This document shows, piece by piece, positions 54,186 to 64,000 of a stretch of 64,000 nucleotides of DNA (position 1 is the stretch's first letter; each line of letters starts with the position of its first letter). Both the position numbers and the translations under genes were made by a program. This DNA comes from Neoconidiobolus thromboides FSU 785 (lineage: Eukaryota; Fungi; Entomophthoromycota). The stretch covers positions 20,914 through 84,913 of the forward strand of contig MU626346.1 of assembly GCA_025603075.1 (NCBI GenBank). The letters run 5' to 3'. The notes below the pieces were generated by a model. The model did no database searches. It was not told where the DNA came from and saw only the letters and a list, made by a program, of their open reading frames with translations.

Positions 54186-55214
54186 ATATAGATTGCTTTA
54201 GAAGTGAAGTTTTAATTTTATAATAAATAGAAGAGAATGAAGTGGAGCTTAAGTACAAAAGAAATAGTTTTATAAATAAAAGAATTTTCATTAAAAAATA
54301 TTCTAAAAAAAGCAGCTAGAAAAATCGATCTATTATCTATCGTATTTTATCTAACATTTGTATATTATAATAATGTACTTTGAAATTGATTTTGTCTAAA
54401 GAATTATTTCAAAATTAATCAATATTATAAAGTCTTTTAAATAGATGTTTTATTTCAATTTAATAATGTTAGTAAAACTAATACAAAAAACACTATTTAA
54501 ATAAATCCAGACGTCAAAATAAACCATAATGATTTTATATTTATTTTGCTTCTATTCTAGCTATTCCAAGTCGCCATAAACCTTGAATAATTCTTATTGT
54601 ATTTTTTATAAAAAAAAACCTAAAGGAGATAAGCTTTTGGTTATTTTATTATCTCCAATAACAATATTTGAATTTTGTTGAGTGATAAAGGAATAAAGGG
54701 ATAAAGGTAAGTGGAAAGTAAAGAGAGAGATAGGAAGGATACTAGAAGATTAACGGGAAATACTATAATTTGAGCGAATCAACTTTAAATCTAAGTAGAT
54801 TGTACTTGATGACTTGAAAGTTCATTTTGTATTGAAAATTCCAAACATGTTAATAATATTTTTTTTAAAATATATTAAATATTATTATTGAATATAGTTT
54901 TCATCATTATAGCAATTTCAAATTCAAAGCTCATTATGTAATTTGATAAAGAATATCAATCTAAGCGATAGATTAAGAATTAGAATTTATATTAATCAAA
55001 AAACATATATGAAAATAAGAATTAAAAAATATTAAATACTACTTTAAGCACATATAAGAAATAAAATATTAAATTCATTTTAATAATTTAAAATTTATCC
55101 GCCTATACACTTTTATAGTATTTGTCTTAAGCCTTTAATAATTATTGAAAAATAAATAATAATAAAAGTTCATTTGGCTAAAAGGAGAACCATAGAAATA
55201 GCTTTACTTTATAA

Positions 55215-55264
55215 CCCCCATTCCCCATTCCCCATTTCCCATTTCCCATTTCCCATCTCCCATT
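55215..55264. repeat. (YCCCATT)~7 heptamer tandem repeat
   Basis: CCCCATT x3, TCCCATT x2, TCCCATC, TCCCATT. Confidence 0.85.
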
Positions 55265-56252
55265 TTCTTGATTCTGTTGTGTATTTTATTTTGTTATTAA
55301 AATATTTTCAAAGTATTGGTTCTTTTAAGAATATACAAGAAAAATAATAAATTTAGGGAGTATTTTATATGATTAAAAAATGGCGTTATGAGATATACTT
55401 TTTAACATTTTTAACTTAAGTCAAATTTAATATTTTTGTGTTTACTTTATTTACATTTTGTTTTTTTGTAAATACTATATAAGCGAAAGTGTACTTATTG
55501 AGTTAAAGAAAATAATAACTTGTTTAAAACTTTTATCAGATAAAATCTAAATATTAAAAAAGTCAATAAAGCTAATATTGTTCCAACATTATTTTAAATA
55601 GAAATAATAATACATTCAAGTTATTTATTTTATATAAAAAGTTAAATTGGACCATATTTGAGATACTAGTTTATATCCAGAAAGTTTAAAGAAGATTTAA
55701 GGTTATTAACTTTAAAATAAGATAATGAAGTTATAATAGTAGTTTCATTTATTATACATTATTATACAGGATTTTATTTTTATATTAGTGGCAACTCAAT
55801 TGAAATAATGTTAAACTTACTAAATTTATATGTTGAATTTCTGTCTTGTCAGATTATTTATTTCTGAAAGTCGGGAAATATTCAAGCTCAAATAGTAAAA
55901 TAATAATTAATGATGGAATAAGTATTCAATTTTTATTATTGTAATCCTTTGTTACACACCCACTCTTTTGAAAGCACTATTATTTTGACTATTAAATTTT
56001 AATAGTTTACCCTTTGATTGCTTTAGTTTCAAAATTTTATTTTCAAAAATAATATTCGTATTATATTAACTTTCTTCAGGAAAATATAATAATAAACAAA
56101 GCATATAAAAGAGTGGTAATTATTCAGGGTTATAGTACCATAAGGTTATGAACAGTAAGGATAAAGATAAGTTTTTTTAAAGACGATAGTATTTAAAACC
56201 ATAGTAAAATAAATCAAGGATAAGATAAGACAACTTTTTAGTTTTCAATATA

Positions 56253-56340
56253 AATAAAATAATAAAATAATAAAATAATAAAATAATAAAATAATAAAAT
56301 AATAAAATAATAAAATAATAAAATAATAAAATAATAAAAT
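56253..56340. repeat. (AATAAAAT)11 perfect tandem repeat
   Basis: Eleven exact 8-mers. Confidence 0.92.
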
Positions 56341-57311
56341 AAACAGGTTGACTTTAAAAATGATGCTTTTTATGAAATTTTAAGTTCCGGTTTATAATAA
56401 ATATAGAAACTAAATTTATAACTCATTAAAAGAATAAAAAGAATAATTTTAACCTTGCATCTCAAGAACCTAAATAGAAGATTAAAAATTCGAATCTCAC
56501 TTAAAGCTGGTTGATAGTTGTCCCTATTTTAATTAAACATAACGTATTTGAGTTATTTTTTAAATGATCCTAAAGTTCTATCTCTGGAGAATAAAATGAT
56601 TTGAGTTTTACTCTAAAGTCTAACTACACCACTTTAAACTAAATTCTTGTAATAGTTTTCCAAGAATTGCTAATATTAATTATAATTCTGAAAAACCTTT
56701 TAAATAAATGAAATATTTGATTTAAACACATTATTGTACTATTGAAAGTATAATCTGGTTTATTTTCTTTCTCACAGTAAAAATTACTAATCATATTATA
56801 ATTTAAGGAAAATATCGGAGAGCTAGTTATTCCTGGTAATATTATATCATTGATTATCCAATAAACCTGAATTGAGATATGATTATTGACCAATTATAAT
56901 CGGTTTATAGACAATGTAGAATTCCAAGAATAAACTTAGCCCTCGATTCCGACATAAACAATAAATCATAAGCGGATTTCTTCTATAAAAGTTATACAAA
57001 TTTTATTTTGTTGAGTACAAAAATAGAAAATGAAAATACGACCAATAATTCTTTTTACCTTAATGTTATGATAAAGACAAAATGAAAATTGAAATAAGAT
57101 TAAACCAATTAGATATTCAAGTTTTGTTCCAAATCCAAGACCAAAACTCAATTCTTTGTCAAATTTTTAGTTTTGCTTTTTTAAAAATCTTTTAGTATTA
57201 GAAAAAGATTTAGGTGATTCCATAACTTTCTACCTGATCTTACTCTCAATCAAACCTATCTCCAATTAATTAATATCTTTCTATTTAATTATACAAAATC
57301 ATATTATAATC

Positions 57312-58639
57312 ATGCTAAGAGGGAATAACAACGAAATAAGTGAATATGTGTCTGGCAAGAACGCCAAAAAGCTTTTATCAAAATATTGTAAAGCCAAGTT
57401 ATCTGTGAGAGGTTTGGAAGCTATCAACTTATTTTTAGACCAATTTTTAGTTTTATTAGTAAAACATAGAAATACCGCTAATAAATATGGGATCACCCAT
57501 TACCAAAGTATATTAACAAAAGTGATCAAAGACGAAGTGCTATTGAGAAGTTGCATGGATGAAGCTCGCTCAAGATCAGCCCAAATGATAACTGGATTGT
57601 CGTTAAATTATGTTATGTCAATTCAAGATATGATTAAGTCTCAAGATACATTAGATCGCTTTCCAGAGGATGATCCACATTTTAAAGCACGTTATTTATC
57701 ACAATTAAGACAGTTTATTGTTAGCTGTTCTTTATTGAGTTCCAATCAATATTCAATTACATCAAACTCACGTCCAGGAGCTCAATATTTTAGTTTGCCA
57801 GTAGGATTATTTATTGGAAACGCTGTTGAGCAAATATCGAGGTTTCTTTTATTAAACATAGGAACAGAGGCACATAAAGAAAAACTCAAAACAATTTCAG
57901 CTGACAGGGTTGCCTATATATTTTTTCACAATAATACTATCAATGAGATAGCAGAAACAACCGGTTTCTTTAGCTCTTTTGAGGTATTATATTGTGTATA
58001 CGTTTTGATTAATTTAATTCTAAATAATTATATTTTTAGGTTAAAACATTTAAAGCTATAGCCCTTGATGATAGTAATTTACCCTCTCTTATGAATTCTG
58101 AGAGTATGTTATTTTTATACGTTTTTGGGTAGAAATATTAATTTGATTTTATAATAGGTATAACAACAGATCCTCTACAAGTTTTAAAAACTTATTCTCA
58201 GTCTGAATGGGATGTTAACTCAGTATCTGTTATATCTCCGAGCAAACATACATTTGCTAAAAAGAGTCCAACTGGCTCTCGTTCCAGTCCTTCAGACTCT
58301 GATTCAGTTAACTCATTATCTAATCACTTATCAACCAATTTATCTTTGGTAATTCATTATTTTGAGTTTGTAAATGACGATACTAATATTTATTTAGAGT
58401 AAAGATCGTACTAATGACTTTGAACAATTATTTTCTTCTGGTAAAACAGTTAAATTATCACTTACTCCTAGTCGTCTTCGTTCGACTAATGTAATTTTTA
58501 TTTTGCTATTTAATTTTAATAGAGACTAATCTTATTTTAGGAACCTCCTTCACCCATTACAACTCCTATTAGACCAGTCGCGACCCGACGTCGCTCACTC
58601 ATGTCACAAACAAGTACCCTGTTTAACAAAGGATTTTAA
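57312..58639 (+). CDS. Uncharacterised protein with two histone-fold-like segments and an S/P-rich tail, multi-exon
   Basis: Long first exon 57312-57983, then short exons to a TAA at 58637-58639; late motif DFEQLFSSGKTVKLSLTPSRLR. Confidence 0.65.
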
Positions 58640-58987
58640 GTAATACTTTAAAAGTTGTACGTGGCCAGTAAAATTTATATAGTAGCCATAAAGCACCATT
58701 TTAGAGCTTGTCCGTTAACTATCAGTGCTTGCGTCAACCTTTGTTTAAAAGTAGCCAATTGCTAAATTTCTGTTTCTCAGGGCTGGATTTTAATTTGCAT
58801 TTTTCTGTCTTTTTTGTTCTCCATTTAGATAATTATCAAACTTTAATGTATTAAAAGTTAACTAACTTTATTTTTTATTTTATAATATTTAAAACAATGC
58901 CTCAATTTATTATAGTAGTAAGCTAAAAAAAACTTATACTTTAGTCAAAATTTACTAAATTAAGCTTAAAATTAAATTCGACAAAAA

Positions 58988-59069
58988 TGACGACTGAGGG
59001 GTTCGAACCCTCGCATGTTTCCATATCAGGGCCTAAACCTGACCCCTTAGACCTCTCGGGCAAGTCGCC
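58988..59069 (-). tRNA. tRNA-Leu(UAG), intronless
   Basis: GGCGACT/AGTCGTC acceptor stem, TCAGG-TTTAGGC-CCTGA anticodon arm, long variable arm, GGTTCGAACCC T-loop, discriminator A, then a TTTTT Pol III terminator. Confidence 0.96.
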
Positions 59070-59901
59070 TTACGAATCTCCACTTTTAAAATATATAATC
59101 TTTAAAAAATGAATTGAAAATTCGTAAAAATTTGAGTTGACTTGTTGACTTCACTAGTTTAATGTAATTTAGAGTTTATAGGTAAAGCAATATCATAGGC
59201 AATTAATTTACACATTCTTTTAAAATGATTTATATACTGAGCTTTATGTTTTGCATTTTTTACTTAGACACTTGTCACTATTTAGATTTCAACTATCCAT
59301 TCCTTTCATACCATACTATCAAGTGGCAATATTTGGAGATACTTTAATTTAACTTATTCTTTCATTCTTATACAACACAAGCTTTAGGAAAATATTTGTT
59401 TAATAACTACATAAATATACTACCATATCTAGCTCTCTTTGTTTTACTTTTAGAGAAGCTTATATTGCACCAAATATAAATCAGCTCATATTAAATTGTC
59501 ACATATAAAAGGTAGATAATTGGGAACTAAAACTGTCAAAATTCAATTGTGCAGTGGCTAGCGCTAATTTTTAGAGTTAATGATTTACAACTATCGTAAT
59601 TTGTGAGCTGATGATTAAGTTTTTGTTTTAAATGAATAGTTATTTTCTGCACAAATGAATTTTGACAGCTGTAATAGTTCCTTTAAATTACCATTTTAGT
59701 TTCAGCTCTTTTTGTTCATAGTTCTATCTTATGTAGCTATTTTTTAATATCCTTTGATAAAACGCTTGGAGTTACACTCTTTTAAGAAAAGAAACACAAT
59801 AAATAATATGTAAAGTGAAAATCAAATAATTAATAATTAAAATGTTGTTTTATTATAAAGCTTGAATTAAACGGAATAAAGTTTTATACTAAATATTAGT
59901 A

Positions 59902-61374
59902 TTATAATGGAATTGATCTTGGATTATTGAATAAATTTTTTGGATCATATTTCTTTTTGATTTGCTGAAGTCTACTAAAATGAGCACCGTAATAAACATT
60001 CTCCCAATCTTTAACATCCTTATCAACATAATTAATATAACCCCCGTTCATTTTTGGTAATAATAAATCATAAGTAGTATTCATCCATGGCATTAATCTA
60101 CTTCCTTCCTCATTATTCTTAGCATCAGCAATCATTTGAATATCAAATATTAGATCTTTACGATGCACAACCGCGGTTTCATCAACAGGTACCGAATTAA
60201 CTTTACCACCTTGGACATCTAATAAAATAAAATTGCCTGGTGGAGATATACTCATTTGCTCTCCTAATTTCTTCAAGAATTCTTTATCAAATGGTTTAAT
60301 AACAAAGCCATTCTTTGCTTTAAAGAACTTTTTAGTATCCCAACGCTTTACATTATTTAATTCAGAAGGTGGGGAATTAGCTGGCAACCCAGAATAAGCC
60401 ATTACGTTATCAATAAAGCTCATTGGAGTTATAGAACTTGATTTGAATGGTGGTAAATTTTTTTTAATGTCTTCTATTAATTCAGTTCTTTCTTGTTCTG
60501 AATCAGCTAAGATGGCACCAGAAAATCCAATACTATGAGAATAAAGTCCTAACGAAGCACCAATTTTCAAAGGTAATCTCATTGAATAATTTTGAATCTT
60601 TTGGAATGTTGTTGCATAATTATCAAGTGTAACTGGGAAATCAAAATTAAAGTTGCTTACAAATTCTGGGGCCTTAAATAATTGGAATTTAAATTTAGTG
60701 ATAACGCCATAAGATCCAGTACCGGAGCCTCTGATGGCCCAAAACAAGTCGCTGTTCTTTTTGGTATTTGCAGTTAAGATATCACCATTTGGGGCTACAA
60801 TTTCTACTTCCAAAATATTATCAACAACCATTCCGAAAGTTCTAGAATACCTTCCGAATCCACCACCAGTAGCATGACCTCCAATACCTACTGTAGGACA
60901 GGTACCTGCTGGTAAAGCTAATTTACCATTATTCCAAGCATTCCAATAGACTTTGCCTAATAACGTGCCACCTTCTACTAGCCCTATTCTTTTACCTTGA
61001 TCAATTTGTACATTGTTCATGTTTAACAAATCAATAACCAAGGCACCATTTTTACCACCTAAGCTATACCCTTCATATGAATGGCCCCCACTACGTATAG
61101 CTACAGTTTTATTGAACTTATTAGCGCATACTACAATCTTACTCACCTGGTCTGTATTTTTTGGTAATGCAATTAATAATGGTTTAACATCTTGAATTCG
61201 ACTATTCCACTCAAATCTGGCAGAATCATAGTTAGCATCGCTTTGTTGAACGATTGTATCTTTTGGCAAAGCAGATAAGCAGGTAATTAAACTATCAAGT
61301 TTATTTCTGCATTGTAATTTTGAACTGAGTATATTATTAGTAAATAGTAATACTAGAATAGAAATGTAATTCAT
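59902..61374 (-). CDS. Secreted FAD-linked oxidase, berberine-bridge-enzyme-like (AA7 type)
   Basis: Intronless 490 aa; hydrophobic N-terminus; RSGGHSYEG, AGTCPTVGIGGH, LFWAIRG; BBE tail GYINYVD...YYGAHFSRLQQIKKKYDPKNLF. Confidence 0.92.
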   Translation of the reverse strand: MNYISILVLLFTNNILSSKLQCRNKLDSLITCLSALPKDTIVQQSDANYDSARFEWNSRIQDVKPLLIALPKNTDQVSKIVVCANKFNKTVAIRSGGHSYEGYSLGGKNGALVIDLLNMNNVQIDQGKRIGLVEGGTLLGKVYWNAWNNGKLALPAGTCPTVGIGGHATGGGFGRYSRTFGMVVDNILEVEIVAPNGDILTANTKKNSDLFWAIRGSGTGSYGVITKFKFQLFKAPEFVSNFNFDFPVTLDNYATTFQKIQNYSMRLPLKIGASLGLYSHSIGFSGAILADSEQERTELIEDIKKNLPPFKSSSITPMSFIDNVMAYSGLPANSPPSELNNVKRWDTKKFFKAKNGFVIKPFDKEFLKKLGEQMSISPPGNFILLDVQGGKVNSVPVDETAVVHRKDLIFDIQMIADAKNNEEGSRLMPWMNTTYDLLLPKMNGGYINYVDKDVKDWENVYYGAHFSRLQQIKKKYDPKNLFNNPRSIPL

Positions 61375-62783
61375 TTTATTTTGTTTATTTGATGTAACCT
61401 GTTTAGTATGGTATTTATACTTTTCATCTTTACTTATTTTTAGAAATATATGATTACTTCATATTTGCAAACAATTCATTTGTATTTTAATGAATTGCTG
61501 TGGAATTGAAGTTACTAGGTTAATATAGATTTTATTCGATTCTCAAGTTATTTTAATAATAAAAATAATAATAGGTGTCTTTAATTAAAATTTATCTACT
61601 TTTAGTTGAAATTGATCAATCTTGAAATTTTAAAAATAACTTTTTGTATAATAAGCTTATTTGCATAATAATTGTTATTATAGTTAATACGCCTTTAGTT
61701 ATTTTTAAATAGAAAATTTATGTCAGCTAAAATTAAAAAATACATTTGAAAAACTAAATTAAATGATAAAATGTATTCTAAATAGACGATAATAATATTA
61801 ATGCTTATAGATTTCCTCTATTATAATTTTAATTTTAATGTTAAGTTAATAAATCATCTTGTGTTATTTAAAACACTTTAAATTATATTATAACTATGAA
61901 ATTGAATTTTATAACATAATCTTCAAAATCGATCAAATAATATTTTAAACTATACTTTAATAAAAATAGCTTGCTTTATGAATCAAAAAAGCAAGAAACT
62001 AATCTATCAGCTTTAATAATAATACTCTCTTATATCCATTTATTAAACTATATAGCATTATTTGAGCTGAGATTTATTTTTATTTACTAATAATTTATTA
62101 CAGGGCCAATTCGCCATTATAAAGAAAAGATTCGGAAATGAATATTCTTTGTAAAAACATAGATAACGTATGCATAACCATAAATAACAAATTTATAATT
62201 ATAAAGACGTATTATATTTTTGCATCAAGTGCTTATATTTCCGAGCCTTTTGGCAATAATAGTGAATAACCTTATAAATCCTAATGGTTTATAATTGTAG
62301 CTATAAAAGTCAAAAAATTATTATACGTTAAATACAGCGATATAATAAAAATATGAACTTTCTTTCAAACAATAATGTAAAATTTGAAAAGTAATTTTTG
62401 GTGAGGGTAATAGATTGCAACCCTAAAAATCACTTTTTGCAAATGATTGTTTTAAAAAGTATCAACTAGGTATAAAAACAGCTGTAATAAGTTTCCTCAT
62501 TATAATATTAGTTTTGGGTTTTTAATTGGCTATGATTATAAGGATACAAAATAGTCAATGTTGGATTTTTAACTATAAGCACTAAAAGTAATAAATTGGA
62601 ATGATAAAGTATTTTTACTCTTGTAGTTTTTGTTTTTATGTACAGAAACATTTGGTATTGCAATTAATAACTCTTCCTTTTTGTACTATAAAAAGTGCTA
62701 TTACTTCTACGAAAACTTAAATATATATTTGATTTGTTATATAGCTGTAAATTCTATTTTACTTTTTATTTTGTGTTTTATAT

Positions 62784-62877
62784 GGGGATGTATTTTTGTG
62801 ATTAAGGATTTTACTAATAATTTTTCTACTCAAATAGTGCTTAAAAGATGGAAAAAGTGATGAAGCCAAAAAAATAT
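62784..62877 (+). mobile_element. MITE copy 15 (right end lost)
   Basis: ATAT+GGGGATGTATTTTTG start and full body; terminal CCCC missing. Confidence 0.78.
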
Positions 62878-63327
62878 AAGGATGTTTTTTTAAATGTTAC
62901 TATAATTAAAATTATTTATGAAAAACTTAAAAAATTTAAAGCTCAACATTGATTATACATTTTACAAGTCATAAAGGACTATGATTTTTAGTCCTCTTAT
63001 TTTAAATAAATAAAAAATATTTTTATTATCGCACTTTGGTATTTTATTAAATTTAAAACTCTAAAAATAATACACTATAATTTATTGAATAGTCCAATAA
63101 AGTATAAAAACACTTCAAAAAGCATCCAAAATTATAAGTTTATTATAATTTAATTCTAGAAGTATTTTATATAATATCCATTCAAAAACCTAAGCTGACA
63201 GGAATGAAAGCATAGTAACATATATATTCGCAGTATGAGGAAATATAGTCAGCTTAGAAATCTCCTTTAAATAATTGACCCTTAATAAAAATAAGGTCAA
63301 ATTACCTTACCCTTATGTTTATAACGC

Positions 63328-64000
63328 CTAATAAAAGACAAACAAAAGCAAGTCATGCCTAATTCCATAATGAATTATGAGATAACATTCCATCAAGGTT
63401 ATGTTTAGATAATCAATAGCGGAACTACTCTTATTATTATCTAACTTGCTTTTATTAGCTGGATTGAAGTATTCTAAGCTATTCAGATAGTGTATAATGT
63501 AATTTGTTATATATAAAATATGAGATTGACAATCAAGGATTGAAAAATTATCATCTTTATTATCAAGTTTTGACTTTAATAAAATAAGCACAGTAATATA
63601 TTTTTTTTGCAGATCTCTTACCTTTGATATTAAACCAAGGTTTGAATTGGTAGGTATTTCATTCACTTTACTTGGATTCATATATTTCTCCTTTAATAGC
63701 CTTGTTAAAAACAATATATATCCCAACTCATTATAAAATAAAATCAATATCAGATTCCAATAAAAAGTCACATTTCCATTCAGTAGTAACTGAGTATTTG
63801 ATTCATTCAATAGATCTAATATAACATTTTTAGTTATTTTGTTAAGATACTGTGGTTGATAAGGTTGACACATATAAGATCCATACATGATTCTTGTAAA
63901 CATAGTGAATGCTACTAAACTTGAATATGTCATCGCTCTTTCAATACTCTGTATCTCTTTTAATTTATTGTTTGACTTATGAATTCCCAGTGCCAAAGCC
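63328..64000 (-). CDS. 3' part of a gene entering from beyond the window, probably a fungal Zn2Cys6-type transcription factor middle-homology region
   Basis: Frame open to the window edge; ALALGIHK...IERAMTYSSL resembles the LGLH...ERR-x-W pattern; the zinc cluster itself is not visible. Confidence 0.45.
   Translation of the reverse strand, partial: ALALGIHKSNNKLKEIQSIERAMTYSSLVAFTMFTRIMYGSYMCQPYQPQYLNKITKNVILDLLNESNTQLLLNGNVTFYWNLILILFYNELGYILFLTRLLKEKYMNPSKVNEIPTNSNLGLISKVRDLQKKYITVLILLKSKLDNKDDNFSILDCQSHILYITNYIIHYLNSLEYFNPANKSKLDNNKSSSAIDYLNITLMECYLIIHYGIRHDLLLFVFY

Noticed and set aside
56639-57223. Minus-strand frame linking ORFs 56639-56893 and 56966-57151 as a pseudogene
   Set aside because: Several in-frame stops, composition like the surrounding intergenic DNA, and no recognisable protein motif.
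58699-58728. TTTTAGAGCT..GTCCGTTA resembling a Cas9 sgRNA/tracrRNA scaffold
   Set aside because: Only two short matches with the wrong spacing, in a probable 3' UTR, and no Cas, IscB, TnpB or Fanzor gene nearby.
59545-59580. TGTGCAGTGGC...AATTTTTAG resembling U4 snRNA
   Set aside because: Match limited to ~10 nt, with no U6-pairing stem II or 5' stem-loop.

Overview
AT-rich eukaryotic DNA with many short (~50-80 nt) GT-AG introns. Gene content (NoxR, fungal-type AP-2 sigma, DHA1 MFS) points to a fungus, probably early-diverging and Zoopagomycota/Entomophthorales-like (inference). A compact housekeeping block (~10.3-48.6 kb, plus PRP21 at 51-53.6 kb) holds noxR, a large chromatin-reader/DNA amino-methyltransferase fusion, TRM9, SET1, an ABCC transporter, HUS1, DIM1, a WDR53-like gene, APS2, two tandem EndoG/NUC1 genes (one with an assembly gap), L2HGDH, NDOR1/TAH18, an orphan, TAPT1/EMP65 and a PhoD-like phosphatase with a prion-like N-terminus. 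The looser flanks carry intronless genes (7TM receptor, MFS, secreted FAD oxidase), a histone-fold-like protein, tRNA-Leu(UAG) and all of the mobile DNA: 15 copies of a ~98-bp MITE with 4-bp TSDs and a ~463-bp TG..CA element (probable solo LTR) inserted into an inverted copy of itself. The standout is a 10-exon, ~1,674-aa gene (12558-18086), split by the ORF track into several pieces. It joins AT-hooks, a Tudor/chromo-barrel, ZZ, extended PHD and GATA fingers to an N6/N4-type DNA methyltransferase (HPPY motif), a KRI-like motif and a second, degenerate methyltransferase repeat. All calls come from manual reading and motif recognition; no database searches were run.
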